DNA of 64,000 nucleotides from contig OZ374563.1 of NCBI GenBank assembly GCA_977862235.1, positions 2,418,001 to 2,482,000 of the forward strand, in the 5' to 3' direction. The position numbers were made by a program, and so were the translations under genes. A model generated the notes under the pieces. That model was not told the DNA's origin. It saw only the letters and a list, made by a program, of their open reading frames with translations, and searched no databases. Shown here piece after piece: positions 48,801-60,609 of this stretch. Origin of the DNA: Dudresnaya verticillata (Eukaryota). Position 1 is the first letter of the stretch; every line of letters begins with the position of its first letter.

Positions 48801-51160
48801 TTGGAACTCCAGCTTTCAAGCAGTACCGATACAACGTCGAACGAAGTACTCTTTTGAGTTCTCTTGTATCTCCCTCATGACATCGTTTTCCAATTGATTG
48901 TAAACTCTTGCAGTGAGATCTGGGCGGTCGAAGACGCGGGGCTTGCTTCCATGAGGCTGGAAAGTACTGCGATGTTGAATGTCAAGGCCTAGCCGGCCCA
49001 TCTCTTCCCTCCATGGGTTAATCGTAACAGTCACGAGAAGAGAAGGGATGTGCCTTTGTACAACGATTGCCTGCACGCCTAGTAACTTCCCCGCCAGTAC
49101 GAAGGAGAGTTGATGTGGTTATCAGGAATCAAGAGCCGGCCAGCACTGTATGTCTCATCATCATCCATCACAACTTCTTGCAGTTCTCTCTCCTCGACGA
49201 TTCTTGCCGTTTGCTCACGTTCAAGGAATCTAACACGCTGATCCTCTATGTTCATAACGGTCCGAAATAGCCAGACTTGGAAAAGTGTCCCGCTGTCCTG
49301 AAGGATATCGTCTGAGTATAGTCGCCGCTTGACGTGGGTTGCCCACGTCAGCTTACGCACCTTCTTCTGGTTTTCCTCTGCTTCAGAGTCAGTATCAGAG
49401 TTATCCCCTCGTGGTTGTAAGAATAGTGCTAGATCGAACGGGAAATGCTCATCACCACACGGGAATAGAAGCGGAAACGCCCCCACCTCTGCTAACTTCG
49501 ATGCCGCATTCAACGTACGGTACTTAACAACACGTCTTTCACTGTCCGGTGCTCGACCTGTGGTAGTGTCTCGATGCACATCTGTGCTTCCGACTATCTG
49601 CACCATTGGCTGCTCGCTCCGATATAGCCCAGAAGGATCTACAGTTTAGCTGTGTAGATGCCTTGGTACTCCAGTTTGATCTTGCGGAAGCAGTCCCAAC
49701 CCCCCGACGCCTTCTACGTCCCCAACCTGTCTCCCACGGTAGTTTTGTACTACTACACCGTCATTTTCAACTTGTTCATTCACTTCTACTGCATGAACAG
49801 TGATTGCAGGGTCATTTGAAGAGCTGCCGGCAGCAGCACGCGAAGACTGAGAAACCAAGGAGCGGTAAGTCTGCCTTAGTAGACGAGTTGGAGGTTTCAG
49901 ACGATCATACAGAATCGGGACGAGTCGGCGAACATTTGCGTTACTAACAGCATCCCGCATCAGTCTTGATCGCTGATCGCGTTCCCTCAAACTTGGTACC
50001 TCGTCCGACCAGAGAAAGGTGTATCTTGCATCACGCTTTGGTACAGCTATAGCTGCGTTACCGTACAACTTCATGAAAGAAGGCCCACCGGCAGGCATGA
50101 ACTTGAGGCCCATGAAGGATAGACAGGTAGCGAAGAGAAAGTTAAGCTGTACGGGTAGAAGGAAAGCTCGGAGCTTGTCTACATCTTCCAGCTGATTGGA
50201 CTGCTGTCTCCTTCGGAACGTAACGCCCCATCCAGAAGGACTCTTCTTTCCGCAACAAACACCATCAACTTCCTTTCCAAGGACCAAACGTTTTCCTTTC
50301 CAAGGACCAAACTTCCGCAGTACTTGCAGGTGCTCATAAAGAGCCTTCATCCGTCTAGAGAACAGCGTCGGGTAGTATTGCTTCGGTTTCTACAGTTGGA
50401 ACATCTTCGCCTCGTGTCTTGAGAAGTATTGAACTCCTCAGGATTGCTTCCGGATGCCTTCGCATCCTCTAAACGTTGATCAAAGACATAGTAGACAGAA
50501 TAAAGTCCGTCTCCAACCTTTTCTACTTCAGACATACGAGTAGCATCTACTGTCCCCGAAACGGGCTCTTCAATGTTGTTCTCATACACGTCGTTCACCG
50601 GACCATTTGTAACGTGATCGCCTTCTTCTAAGGGCGTTCCTTGATCCGGTTCAGGGACCTGAGTCCTTCGTGGCCTCCCCCTGCCCACACGAGATCCTCC
50701 AGCGTTTACCCGAGCACCTCCGGAAGTCGCACGTGCACCACCGGCATTGCTGCGAGCCACTCCAGAGTTCGCTCGACTTCCTCCGGCATTACGTCGCGCG
50801 CTTCCTGCGTTTTCCTTTACTCCATCCGCCTTGTGGCGCAAGCCTCCCACGTTTTCTCTTACCCCACCCGCATTCGGACACACACCACCCGCATTTGGAC
50901 GTGCACCACCCGCATTGGGACGCGCACCACCCGAATTACGACGCGCACCGCCCGCATTCGAACGCGCACCGCCCGCATTTTCACGCGCACCACCTGAATT
51001 CGGACGAGCCCCCCCGATTTCGCACGCGCTCCTCCGGCGTTATCGCGTTGACCACCAGTATTGCGCCTTGAACCACCAGCATTCGACCTCGCACCACCTG
51101 AATTGCGCCTGGCACCACCTAAATTTGCCCGTGCCCCGCCAGCATTTTCCGGCGGCCCAC
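45858..51160 (-). pseudogene. Helitron RepHel (HUH Rep plus PIF1 helicase)
   Basis: Rep motifs VTVTINP, EFQERNTPHMH (~48770-48810), YLMKY. Helicase motifs GHAVTEKT, ASTGIAA, FGG..GDYLQLLPV, RRQFPIRLAF..TVHKAQGQT, YVALSR. Many stops and frameshifts; the 5' limit is approximate. Confidence 0.92.
50690..51150 (-). repeat. 21-bp coding minisatellite (GGARxNA/S heptapeptide) at the RepHel N-terminus
   Basis: Repeated GCACCACCCGCATT-type units; see ORF 50347..50883. Confidence 0.8.
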
Positions 51161-52214
51161 CCGAGTTAGGTCACGGACCTCCGCGTACCATTTCCGTTCC
51201 CACTTGACGTTGACCTTCTGCCTTCTCGCTTCCCTCTCGCCCGCACGTGCGGGCAGAAAACTTCAGCGGCTAGGACGCAAGCCGAGGTTTCACAGTTAAA
51301 TGTCTTTGTTGTTCGCACCGGTAGCAGCCAGAAACTCGTGAGCTGCAAGAAAGCTTGCAACTTCAGGAGTTCTGCTAGGGGAGCGGGGACAAATAGCTTG
51401 GTTAGGTGTAGTTCCACACCGCTCACCAAGCCTAACCCCCTGCGAGACACGGACGCCGCTACCGACAAACGCCCAGCCCGTTGTGACTCCACTCTAGATG
51501 CGGGCTGGCCAGCAGGTGGACGCTCGCGGTAGCTCTGGCTGCACAAGGCCTCCAAATCACCGAATTGCTCAACTCCCACTGCCTGTTCACTCGCGTACTG
51601 TTGTGCCAGGCTGCCTCACGACGGGGACTTCACGTTTCACTCGAAATTGGTCCTGAGAGCGGTCCCGCGCCGTCCTCAGCAGCCTGACGTACCCGCTTCG
51701 CTTCGCCATGGGGGGGCGAGATACTGATCAACGCAGGGTGGCATTGTATATATGCGCGCGCATGCAGCGCAGAAACAGCAGGATGCAACAGCACGACTCC
51801 GTGCATCTGTGCCTGCGACGCGCCCACTGGGCCACTGCGTCGTAGATCGTGCGCCACAAAAATTACGTACTGTATGCCACACATAACGTATAATATCACA
51901 CGCGCCTGGGTATCACCACTGCCAAATCGCCAAGCGCACAGCCAGTAACAGCGCCCGTGCGCCGCTCTGCAAGCATCTGTCAGCACGCATGCGCGCAGCC
52001 AATTACAGTTGAGCTTTGCTGCTGCTGCAGCTGATTTTTCATTGGCGGCACGGTACTGTATTTTAGATATAACTGGGGGCGTAGAAACTGTTTGTAGCAT
52101 GAAGTCGCAGCATTGGCGCAGCGATGTAGAATTTTGTTTAATTTTGCAACCCGACCCTGCCTAATACTACCCTTTGGGTGGTCATACCCTTACAAATTCT
52201 TACTATAAGGTAAA

Positions 52215-52852
52215 CAAGGGCAACGACGAGGCGCTGCGCGCCGCTATGCGCCGTGCAGCCGCGCCTAAAGCGCGACTGACTCCTGTATCCTCTGTGGCAC
52301 GATGGGATACTGTGGGATACCGGGGTAGGTTTGGGTCGCTTGATAACGACAGGTGTCTTACAATTTCTTTGTAATGATATTTGTTTCCAATCCGTGAGAC
52401 AGGAGCGGTTTTAATCACATAAATTAAGAATGGAGGCGCACGGCGGGACTGTAAGATCGTATCGCTGTAGCGCGGCGGCGCCTCTGTAAATTTACTGTCA
52501 GAAAATCCGAGCGCACCAATGAGAGGGCGTGTGCGCGCGTTGATTTGGTACCGCGCGAAAATACAGCCAATCGGGTGGCGCGGCTTGGCGGTCAGCGAAT
52601 GGGGTTGCAGCTTTGCTGCTGATGCTGCTGCTGCTGATGCTGCTGATGCCGCTGATGCTGCTGCTGCTGCTGCTGCTGAATTTTTCTATTGGGCGTAAAA
52701 GGGTGAACTAGTAATATTTTTAGGCGTGCGTAGAAATAGGTTTGGCGGCAAGGGATGGTAATGGCGGGCGGATGTTTATTTTTTGTAATTTTTTACGTGT
52801 AAGAAGCCCTCGAGGGGCTTCGTACACTGACTAATCATTACTATGGGGAGAA
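52215..52852 (-). mobile_element. Non-autonomous Helitron (638 bp), head-to-tail with the autonomous copy
   Basis: Both ends are homologous to those of 45396-52214 (3' GC hairpin + CTTG; 5' TT...ATAGTAA + hairpin at 52797-52826). Contains a (GCT/GAT)n microsatellite at ~52612-52680. Confidence 0.75.
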
Positions 52853-53789
52853 TGCGTTGCCTCCCAATTGGAAGGATAACGAACTTGCATTGAAGTCTCC
52901 ACCATTATTAGGCGACACCAACAATGGCCGATTCATTTTCGAGAGGCCGTTTCCCTGGTCGTGCAGCTTGACCTTCATTCATACCGAGTGCCGTTCCTTA
53001 TCGCCGACCTTCGTTTCGCCGTGCCCGTCTTGTTCGGTACGATCTTTTTGAACACACACGTGGATAGAATCCAGTGTCGTGGTCAAGCCGTGAACTTACT
53101 GCGCGAGGACGTCCTTCCATTACTTCCCGACAGCGCTTCGATGGCGCTGGGGGCAGACCCAACCGCTGCGAAGGGCGCCCCGCCTCGGGCTAATTCCAAT
53201 TCTGCAAGGATGCCACGCAAGGCTCCACAACACTGCACAGCCACTGTACGGTTGACAAAAGGCCTGACCATACGTGCAGGTCAAGAGGCCACAGTAGATG
53301 TTCGCAGTGATGGCCGAAGGTTATGCGTGTTGGAGCCCAAACATTTGAATCTTTGAGCTATGTACGTATGGTGTCGGAAGCTCAAATCTTTGAGCTTCCG
53401 ACACCATACGCGAATGGCCAATGGAGTTGCAGAGGTCGGCCGCAGAAGCCATTTCAGGTGATGCTGGCCAAATGAGGACGAAAAGATGTCTTACTGCCAA
53501 AGGGTACCGTGGTCGGCTATGCTGTCCGTCACCCTATTCCAATCCTGACGCCATACCGACAGAGTGTGGAGAATACGGCCAATGTACTCGGACCCACGCC
53601 TCTGGTGGACCAACATAGTAATCAAGTATAAGTAGAAGAAGGTTGCCAAGAAGAGGATAAGCCTCCGGAACCGAAGTTACCCAGAAAGGAGGAAGAAGAA
53701 TGGCGGAATATGATCAAACTTGACCATATCCCGGACAAAAAGCAACGTGATAAGATAATGAACATTGTGGAGAAACACAGTGGAATGTG

Positions 53790-54123
53790 GAACGTCCCGG
53801 TACGGGGACTTGGTGCCGGATACGCCGGTGCGCAAGCCGGGGTCTCGGCTGCACTGTCGATACCCTGAGCGCAGAGGCGCTCCTCGTTCGTGAGTAGGAG
53901 AGCAGTGGCGCTCGTAAATCAGCCATTACAAGGCGTCCAGTTGGCGCCACGTGTCGTCCACGTGTCCCCACGTGTACCATGTGTCATCCACGTGTCGTCC
54001 ACGTGTACCCACGTGTCATCCACGTGTACAGCGATGAAAGGACAGCTGTTTTGGGACAGTCTGTCCCGCAAAAAGGAGAGCGCTCCTGTAAGCCCTTCTG
54101 CTGACAGCATCCATTCTGCTACA
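53790..54123 (-). mobile_element. Truncated LTR (family B) with CACGTG array
   Basis: Homologous to ~20405-20735; terminus CCATTCTGCTACA at 54123. The left side is fused to element-3 pol. Confidence 0.8.
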
Positions 54124-55658
54124 CTCAGTAAATCGCCAAGCCCGCAGCAGAGTCGAGGGAACCCCCGTACATGCACACGGTGACGCCACCGCTTGTGACT
54201 CGGGATACGTAACCCTACTCTTGCTTGCGCGGCCCAACCGCTTTGTTCATCCTGCAGCCGACGTCGGCGTTACTGTTTGTGCTCCACTTCGTCCTCTTCT
54301 TTGAGGACTAGCTCCGTCTTCACGACTACGTCGTCCCTATCAACTGGAGCCATCGCGACCTGAGTCCGCTCTTGAGGGTGAACCGTTGTGGACTTTGAGC
54401 CTTCGTTGCCACGTGCAGCCGATGTCGATCGCAAAGTCGGGTCTGGTGCGCTGTGCTTCACCTTGGCTTGAGAGTCAGTACGTGGGCAGTCTTCGTCCAA
54501 CAGTTCCCCCGATGGGGCAAGGCCGGCTAACACCGAGGTAGGCGCTTGAGGCGTCACCAAAGAAGAGACAGCCTCCTGCTGAAGGTCTCTCTCGACCGGC
54601 TTCCCCACGGCCATAGACCGGTGTGAGATGCCCGGTGTTCTCAGGAAGGTGGCGATTACGCTTGAAGATATTACTCCACCGGATGCGCTCCACAAAACAC
54701 ACTAGGGCTTCCAAGTCCTTGGCATCGGAAGCATCCCCCGTCAAACGCGCCGGGCCCAGGGCCCTAGATGCTATGCAGATGGGCTGCCCGATGAATAACA
54801 GCAGGGCTCGTCGAACCTCGTAGATAAAGACCTGGACCACGAGAACCACCCACTCGTGTCTGAAGATGCTCCATTACACACTGTCGTCCATGGCCTTCGC
54901 CATCATTTCCAGTCCCAGGTTTGCCACGATAGTCGGCACACCAACTGGCATGGAATAGGACACTTCATAGTCCTTGTGGTCGTCGGGCACCTGGGGATAC
55001 TTCCTATTATAGAATTCAGGCTTGATAGCCGAGACTTCCTGGCAGTGGCAGGGCACCAGACATCCCGTCTTATGACGCTCATGATGCTCGAAGCGTACGT
55101 ACTCTAACGGCATCGCCGTCTGGGGATTGTCTAGGGCATATTTCAAATTTGAAGATTCATCCCACCGCACGACGCGGGCGAGGGTATAGGGGAAGTTATC
55201 CCTCCCGACACGAATGAGCGGGCGTTGGTACATCACGATGCGCAGGTCCCAGTCACCCTTTTGATGGATCTCTTCCAACATGATAGCATCCGACGTGAGC
55301 CTCTTAGCTAACTTGTTGCTCCAGGGCACCTCGTGTCGAAACCGCACGTACGCGAGATCCCACTGCAGAGTGCTGGCGTCTCCATCTATACGCGGAAGGA
55401 AACGGTTCGTCCCCGTGAGGGTGCTCACCCTAGCCCGCATGAGGGTATTCCCAACCCGGCTCTGCGCCACTCGGCTGCCGCTGCGGCGAATCTCTTCGCG
55501 ACTGGCCCCGGCGCGCACGTTAAAGTGGGCAAGGTCGGTACGCAGGAGCCAGTCGCGGCTGGCGAGACAGCCCTCCGCACACCAGCCGCATCCACTTTGC
55601 GGCCTAGCACATTGGCACTGGAGCCAGCGACCCCATAGGCCAAACGTGGTGGAGCCAT
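54124..55658 (-). pseudogene. Antisense accessory ORF, copy 3
   Basis: SRDW..RTDLAH, WDLA..RFRHEV, VVRWD.SSN.KYALDN.QTAMP, YSMP.G.PTIVA.LGLEMM, FVERIRWS, VVKTELVLKEE. Has a frameshift, a stop at 54874 and an internal deletion. Confidence 0.88.
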
Positions 55659-56049
55659 TAGAAGTCGGTTCTTGGTCTCTGAATTCTTCTACGGCTTCAA
55701 AGCCTTTTGCGTCGGCTCCACAGTCGACGTGTGTCGACGAGCGCGACCTGAGAAATCCTTCTAAGGCACGGAGGCGTTATGACTGTCGGCATGAAAGCCC
55801 CCTGCGGGTGGCGAGCGCTACCTGAATCTCCTACGGCTTCAAAGCCGTCTCGAATACTGACCGTCGGCTCCAAAGCCGATCCGCATAAACGACGAGCGCG
55901 ACCTGAGACCTTCTGAAAACTTCGTGCAACACCCCGCCAACAGCGCTGGCTGACACGACTCGGCCCCGCCGAAAACAGAAACCACGCGACGTAGTCGGAA
56001 CAGGCCGCGAAAGGTGTGCTGGAATAAAGCGCACGGCAGACGCCGTAGG

Positions 56050-57622
56050 TGTGGTGCAACGCCCGGGCTCCCCACAGAGCGGGTTGATAGCCCCTTTTTG
56101 GCGCGCGCAATCACGTGTCTCCGCGACGCACACCGCCTGGTTGGGCTCACCCATTGGCCAGTGGTCAACCACCGTAGCGGGCCCGCCTCCGCATCTGGGG
56201 CTTTCCCCCGCCGTCGCCTTTACAGGGCCGCACTCGCCGCCTTACAGCCACCGCCACGCAAGCGCGCGCAAGACACGCGCAACACGTGTGATACGTGCAC
56301 ACGCGCACACGCACGCGTCATTACAAGTCTTACAGCGTGCTGGTGTCGGTGAAGAGTAGGTACACTGTGCTACTGCAGTGTTAGTTTATTGTACTCTAGT
56401 GTTAGTTTACTTGATAGTGTACAGTAGCCCTAGTCGCCACCGCCGCGGCGCCGCCGCCGGCGGTGGGACTTAAGGGGCTAGGACCGACCTCCTACAGTAA
56501 ACCCAACCAAGATTCGGCTCCACATTTAGGGTACCGCCTACCTCCGTGCGCTTGGCGAGTGAAGCCATCGCGGAGCTGGGTGGTATCTCTAAAGCACCAC
56601 CGCGTACGGCGGCCAGACGAGACCCCAAGACATCCCAGAAGACCTGTCGGATTTCGTAGAAACTGGCCAGACCGTAGAACGGACCTGCGCGCCGGTAGCA
56701 GGCGTGGTAGAGCGGGAGCGCGCATACGAAGTCGTGACCAAAATCTGTGATGAGGACAGAAAATGGCCTAGTCGGGGGTTCAGATGCTAACTTTACTCCC
56801 AGCCTTTGGCGGGACGGCTTCGTACCTGTGGTGGCTGAGCCGAGGTGTGTGACCGTCTAAGTAGACCCAAAATCGGCCATCTGAGCTAATCTAAGGCTAT
56901 TCTACAGTTAGTGGCCGAGGTTACTCACCATGGCCCAAAACATCTTCTCGAATCCTGGCTTCGGGCCAATATTAGAGCCCTACCCAATTAAATCGAGTAC
57001 TTGTCAGTTGATCAGTGGTCGTATTAGTTAGATTTCCCATTGATCTTTCCGTGCTTGATTCCTTGATATGGTATTGCGGCCAAATCCTTTTCGGTAATCC
57101 GATCTCGTTTCGATCCCGATTGGCGTATCCAGATTGTTCCAATCGTCCAGATATGATAATTCTTCTTTGCGCTGGCCACGTGGTTGACACGTACACGCGT
57201 GTGCCCCACGTGTCTTGCGTGTGGCTCCTTGCCGGCGTCCACCGCCGTCCGCGCGGCCCTACAGTAGTGACTTGGGCCAAGTGTCTTCTGTGAGTTGGCC
57301 AATTCGGGTGCGTGGCCCAGTCTACAGGCCTGTTTTCGAAGGCCCCTTGCCGTTGCACCACACTGGGCTACGTACGCCTGTGGTGCTGGCACCTTTTCTA
57401 CCTTCGTGTTCAGACGCTTCTGGTGTGCCGGTGCCCTCGTCTTCCGGCTCACTGCGTTCTCACACGGGCTTTGGTATGTGTTTACAGTCCGCACACTGGG
57501 GCCTTCCCCTTGCTCTACCCTACCACGCACCGACGCGTTCACACGCGTCACCGCGGCTACGCTCCCACATCGGACTCGTGGGTTGTGTTGGTTGCGACCC
57601 TCATTCGGAGGGTTGCACTGCA
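56050..57622 (+). mobile_element. Solo LTR (family F) hosting another solo LTR
   Basis: TSD GTAGG at 56045-56049 and 57623-57627. Termini TGTGGTGCAAC...GTTGCACTGCA. Confidence 0.85.
56581..57362 (-). mobile_element. Solo LTR (same family as the element-3 LTR)
   Basis: TSD CTGGG at 56576-56580 and 57363-57367. Reverse-complement homologue of 40547-41267; left terminus slightly eroded. Confidence 0.85.
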
Positions 57623-58172
57623 GTAGGGAAGGTCAAGACGATGGTTAAGAACCGCCGGCCGGGGTCGCCAGGAAACGCACGGACAAAAGCCCATGGAGAA
57701 TCGCGTTAGCGCGTCGGCACCGCCGAGAGGCGGACTGTGTAACTGCGAGAGCCTGCGGAGGATGCAACAAGTCGGCGCGTCACGGGGGAAGACGGAACGC
57801 GTTAGAGGCTGATGGCGATACCGAGTGAAGGCACGTCCCCGTCGACTACAAATTGAAGGTGAAATAGGCGTTTGGTCGCAAGCGCTTCGCGAGAACCGAT
57901 CCCAGTCGCGCAACAGCGCCCGCAGCCGACGGCTCTCCCCACGTCTCTCACGCCGTCGCACACTGCCCAGTATCGAGACAAGGCGCGGTGGCGTTTCGCA
58001 AACACCAGTCGGCCGGGCCAATAAACATACGGAGATTGAAATCTCAACGGTCACCGAAATTGGAAACAGCGTTGCTGTCCCACTGTACTGAGCGCGGTCG
58101 CTCAGTTTTAAGAAGCGGGCCATGTGGCACAGCGGGAGTTGACGATTTGTAAGGATCCACGCGGACACGAGT

Positions 58173-59396
58173 CCTCTGGAAGGAATGGCAGGCGCACAAC
58201 CGCCCGGGTTGTAAGGAAGTACCTTTTAGGTGTCTTGTGAACTCAAAGAGTGCACTCAATGAGAAACCCACAGAGCGGGTACCTGGTAGCGGGGGTAGAG
58301 CGGGAGGAACCCAGAGGGTAGGCGAGGGCAGGTAACCTGATTGGAAGCACGATACTGAAGGCAGTTCACTGGGCGGGCGGTTAACCGGGCACGGGTGACA
58401 AGTGTGCTGCGGTGCCGATAGCTTGGAGACGTAGTTGGGGCCGGAAGGTGCTTGCCTTTACTGTACAGTGACCGCTACGGGAGATACCCTTATATGGTAC
58501 TCCGACATTAGGCAGCACCCCTCATACTGGGGTATATACACGCCTCCTATCCTAAGCTTTAATTTCTAAAATAAATAGACAGATACTAAGCTACTGACCT
58601 ACAGGGTGACACTTGGACCAATCATAGGCTACCCGTCCGTGGAATAATGAGCGCCCGAGCGCTGTAAGCACACACGTGTACAGACGACGCCTGTAAGGCG
58701 TGAGGCGCCCGAGGGTGCGATGGTTGAGATGGCCGACTCCCATTGGTTGATTAATCATGGTCACCCATATTTTTGGCATTGCGCGCCAGACAGCCAGCGC
58801 GCCTGTACGTATTTTTGGCATTGCGCGCCAGACAGCAGCGCGCCCCTACCTCGTAGTGGTACTACCACTCATTCCTATCATTGGATTGTACTCCACCATT
58901 AGTGTACGGTATTAGGTAACTGTCAGTATTATAACTCTAACTTAGAGTGGGTAGCATTTCCGGCTTCCCGCCGTATTTATTGGGCCCCTGAGTAGCAGGG
59001 GCCCCGCACTAAACCGGCAGCGGTGTGTACTTTGGGCTGTACCCTTTTTCTGGTCTTCCTGCGGTGCCACCGTTGTTCCCTTGCCTTGGGAGTCTACAAG
59101 CCCTATCGTGTACAACGATTGCTCTACGCTGTAGGGTTCGCCTTCCCTTTTCTTTGTTTCTGGGTATTACACCCACTACAAGTCTCTATCACACCCCTTT
59201 TCCCTTTTCCTTTGAGCTACTGCCCACCATGAGTGTTTTCCCCGGGACAGCTGTCGCGCCGGTTTATCGCCGACTACCTGGCCGAGGGCCATTCTACTAC
59301 ACCGTGTTGTCCCTGCTGGCGCCCTATAGGTAACGCTATTTCAGCGCATACACGCGGGCAGAGGGCCCACTTCTGTAAGCCCTTCACTGTATTACA
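58173..59396 (-). mobile_element. Probable solo LTR nested in the element-4 3' LTR
   Basis: Right end CTGTATTACA; candidate TSD CGAGT at 58168-58172 and 59397-59401. The left terminus is degenerate. Confidence 0.5.
58638..59301 (+). mobile_element. Solo LTR (family C)
   Basis: Homologue of 21136-21757; near-perfect TSD CCGTC/CCGTG; internal tandem duplication at ~58768-58845. Confidence 0.85.
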
Positions 59397-60609
59397 CGAG
59401 TGATATGGCTGGCTTACAGATTGATTTAATTGGTGAAGCGCTCCTGCGCTGTAAGGCAACACGTGTACAGCTTTAATATGTAAGGCGCACGGCTCCAGGT
59501 GGTATGGCACTATGCCATTCGGCGATTAACTATGACCGCAACATCGCACCAGGCGCATTGCTGGCGGATGTTTGCACCGCGGCGCCTGACAATGACGCCA
59601 TGCTCGCCTCGTGGCCTGACCACTCATTCCTATCTAAGGGCATATAATAACTGTACTGTACAATATTAGCTATTTATTAGCAGTAGAGTTTTAACTGAGC
59701 GAGTAGCACCTTTTCGGCTCTCGCCGTATTTATTGGCCCCCTGAGTAACAGGGGCCCGGCAATAAATCGGCAGCGGTCTGTGCCTTGGGTTATCCCCTTT
59801 TTGGATACTTGCGGTGCTACCGCTACAAACAACCTTGGGCGTCTACAAGCCCCGTCGTCTACGACGAACTGCTCTACACAGCTGGGTTCGCCTTCGGTGT
59901 GAGTATCTTCTAAGACAGCTGTCTTGTTGTGTTGTTGTCCTCTTTGACTTAGAAGTCATTCTACTACAGGTGGCGCCGCTCCTTTTTCTCGTCCTTTAGG
60001 CTCGCGTGCCTTTTTCCCATTTCCCCCTAAGTCTCTACCACCCGCATTCTGAGCTACCCTTGTTAGGGAGTGTGCGCCGGCACGAAAGCTTTCCTTGCCG
60101 ATTAGCGGGCTACTGGCACGTCGCGAGATGCTACTACACCATGGTGGAATCGGTCCTGTTGGTCCCAATCGACGAAAAGAATTTGCGCAGCATTCGCATT
60201 GGCTGGCATACTACTCTACAAAATGTACAGACCCACAAAAAGTATTAAAACACTACTAATACACCGTTACAGTTGATGCGTCCCACTGCTGTACAGAAAT
60301 GCACGCCGGCACAAAGAAATACGAACAACAGAGATACGGGTACACGTTGCCAGATCACCATCGTGGCAACACGCCAGCTTGGGGTTCACCCCGCTTCCGT
60401 GGACCTTCAAGCTATGCTACAGATAGAATGAGCTTCACAGCAAGGCGTTTGTCACCAACAGTTGTAATTGAGGGCGGCAGGTTCCATAACCAATTTCTGA
60501 GACGAGAGCGCGTGTCGAGAATGTCTTGCAGGTTGTCAAAGTTGGACAGCTAAAGAGATTGTGTCTTTATGAGGCCTTGGCACGTAAGAATACAAACTCT
60601 AGGTGGACG

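Larger units (their letters stand above)
45396..52214 (-). mobile_element. Helitron, autonomous type, degenerate
   Basis: RepHel remnants. 3' hairpin TCGCGGCG-N5-CGCCGCGA (45408-45428) followed by CTTG. 5' end TTTACCTTATAGTAA, inferred by alignment with the adjacent unit. Confidence 0.85.
40547..53790 (+). mobile_element. Gypsy element 3, 5' half (LTR-PBS-gag-PR), carrying a solo LTR and the Helitron pair
   Basis: 5' LTR 40547-41267 (TGTGG...CTACA), PBS TTGTCTCCCGACCTGGAA at 41269-41286, gag-like ORFs 42948-44826 with CWGCREWGQDWYTC, protease-region sequence split at 45395/52853. Confidence 0.8.
54124..60138 (+). mobile_element. Gypsy element 4, 3' half (antisense ORF, PPT, 3' LTR with nested insertions)
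   Basis: Antisense ORF homologue; 58060-58122 is homologous to the PPT region 33270-33323; LTR from 58123 (TGTGG) to 60138 (CTACTACA). Confidence 0.75.

Noticed and set aside
52797..52834. Plus-strand canonical Helitron 3' end (hairpin + CTAA|T)
   Set aside because: It is opposite to the RepHel orientation and does not restore the host frame, whereas the 45395/52853 boundary does.
45396..52852. Fanzor/TnpB cargo in the Helitron
   Set aside because: I found no RuvC or zinc-finger TnpB motifs; the coding space is accounted for by RepHel.
58120..60143. Element-4 LTR as a solo LTR with TSD CCATG
   Set aside because: The upstream sequence is homologous to the element-1 PPT region, so this is a 3' LTR; the match overlaps the terminal TG and is probably chance.
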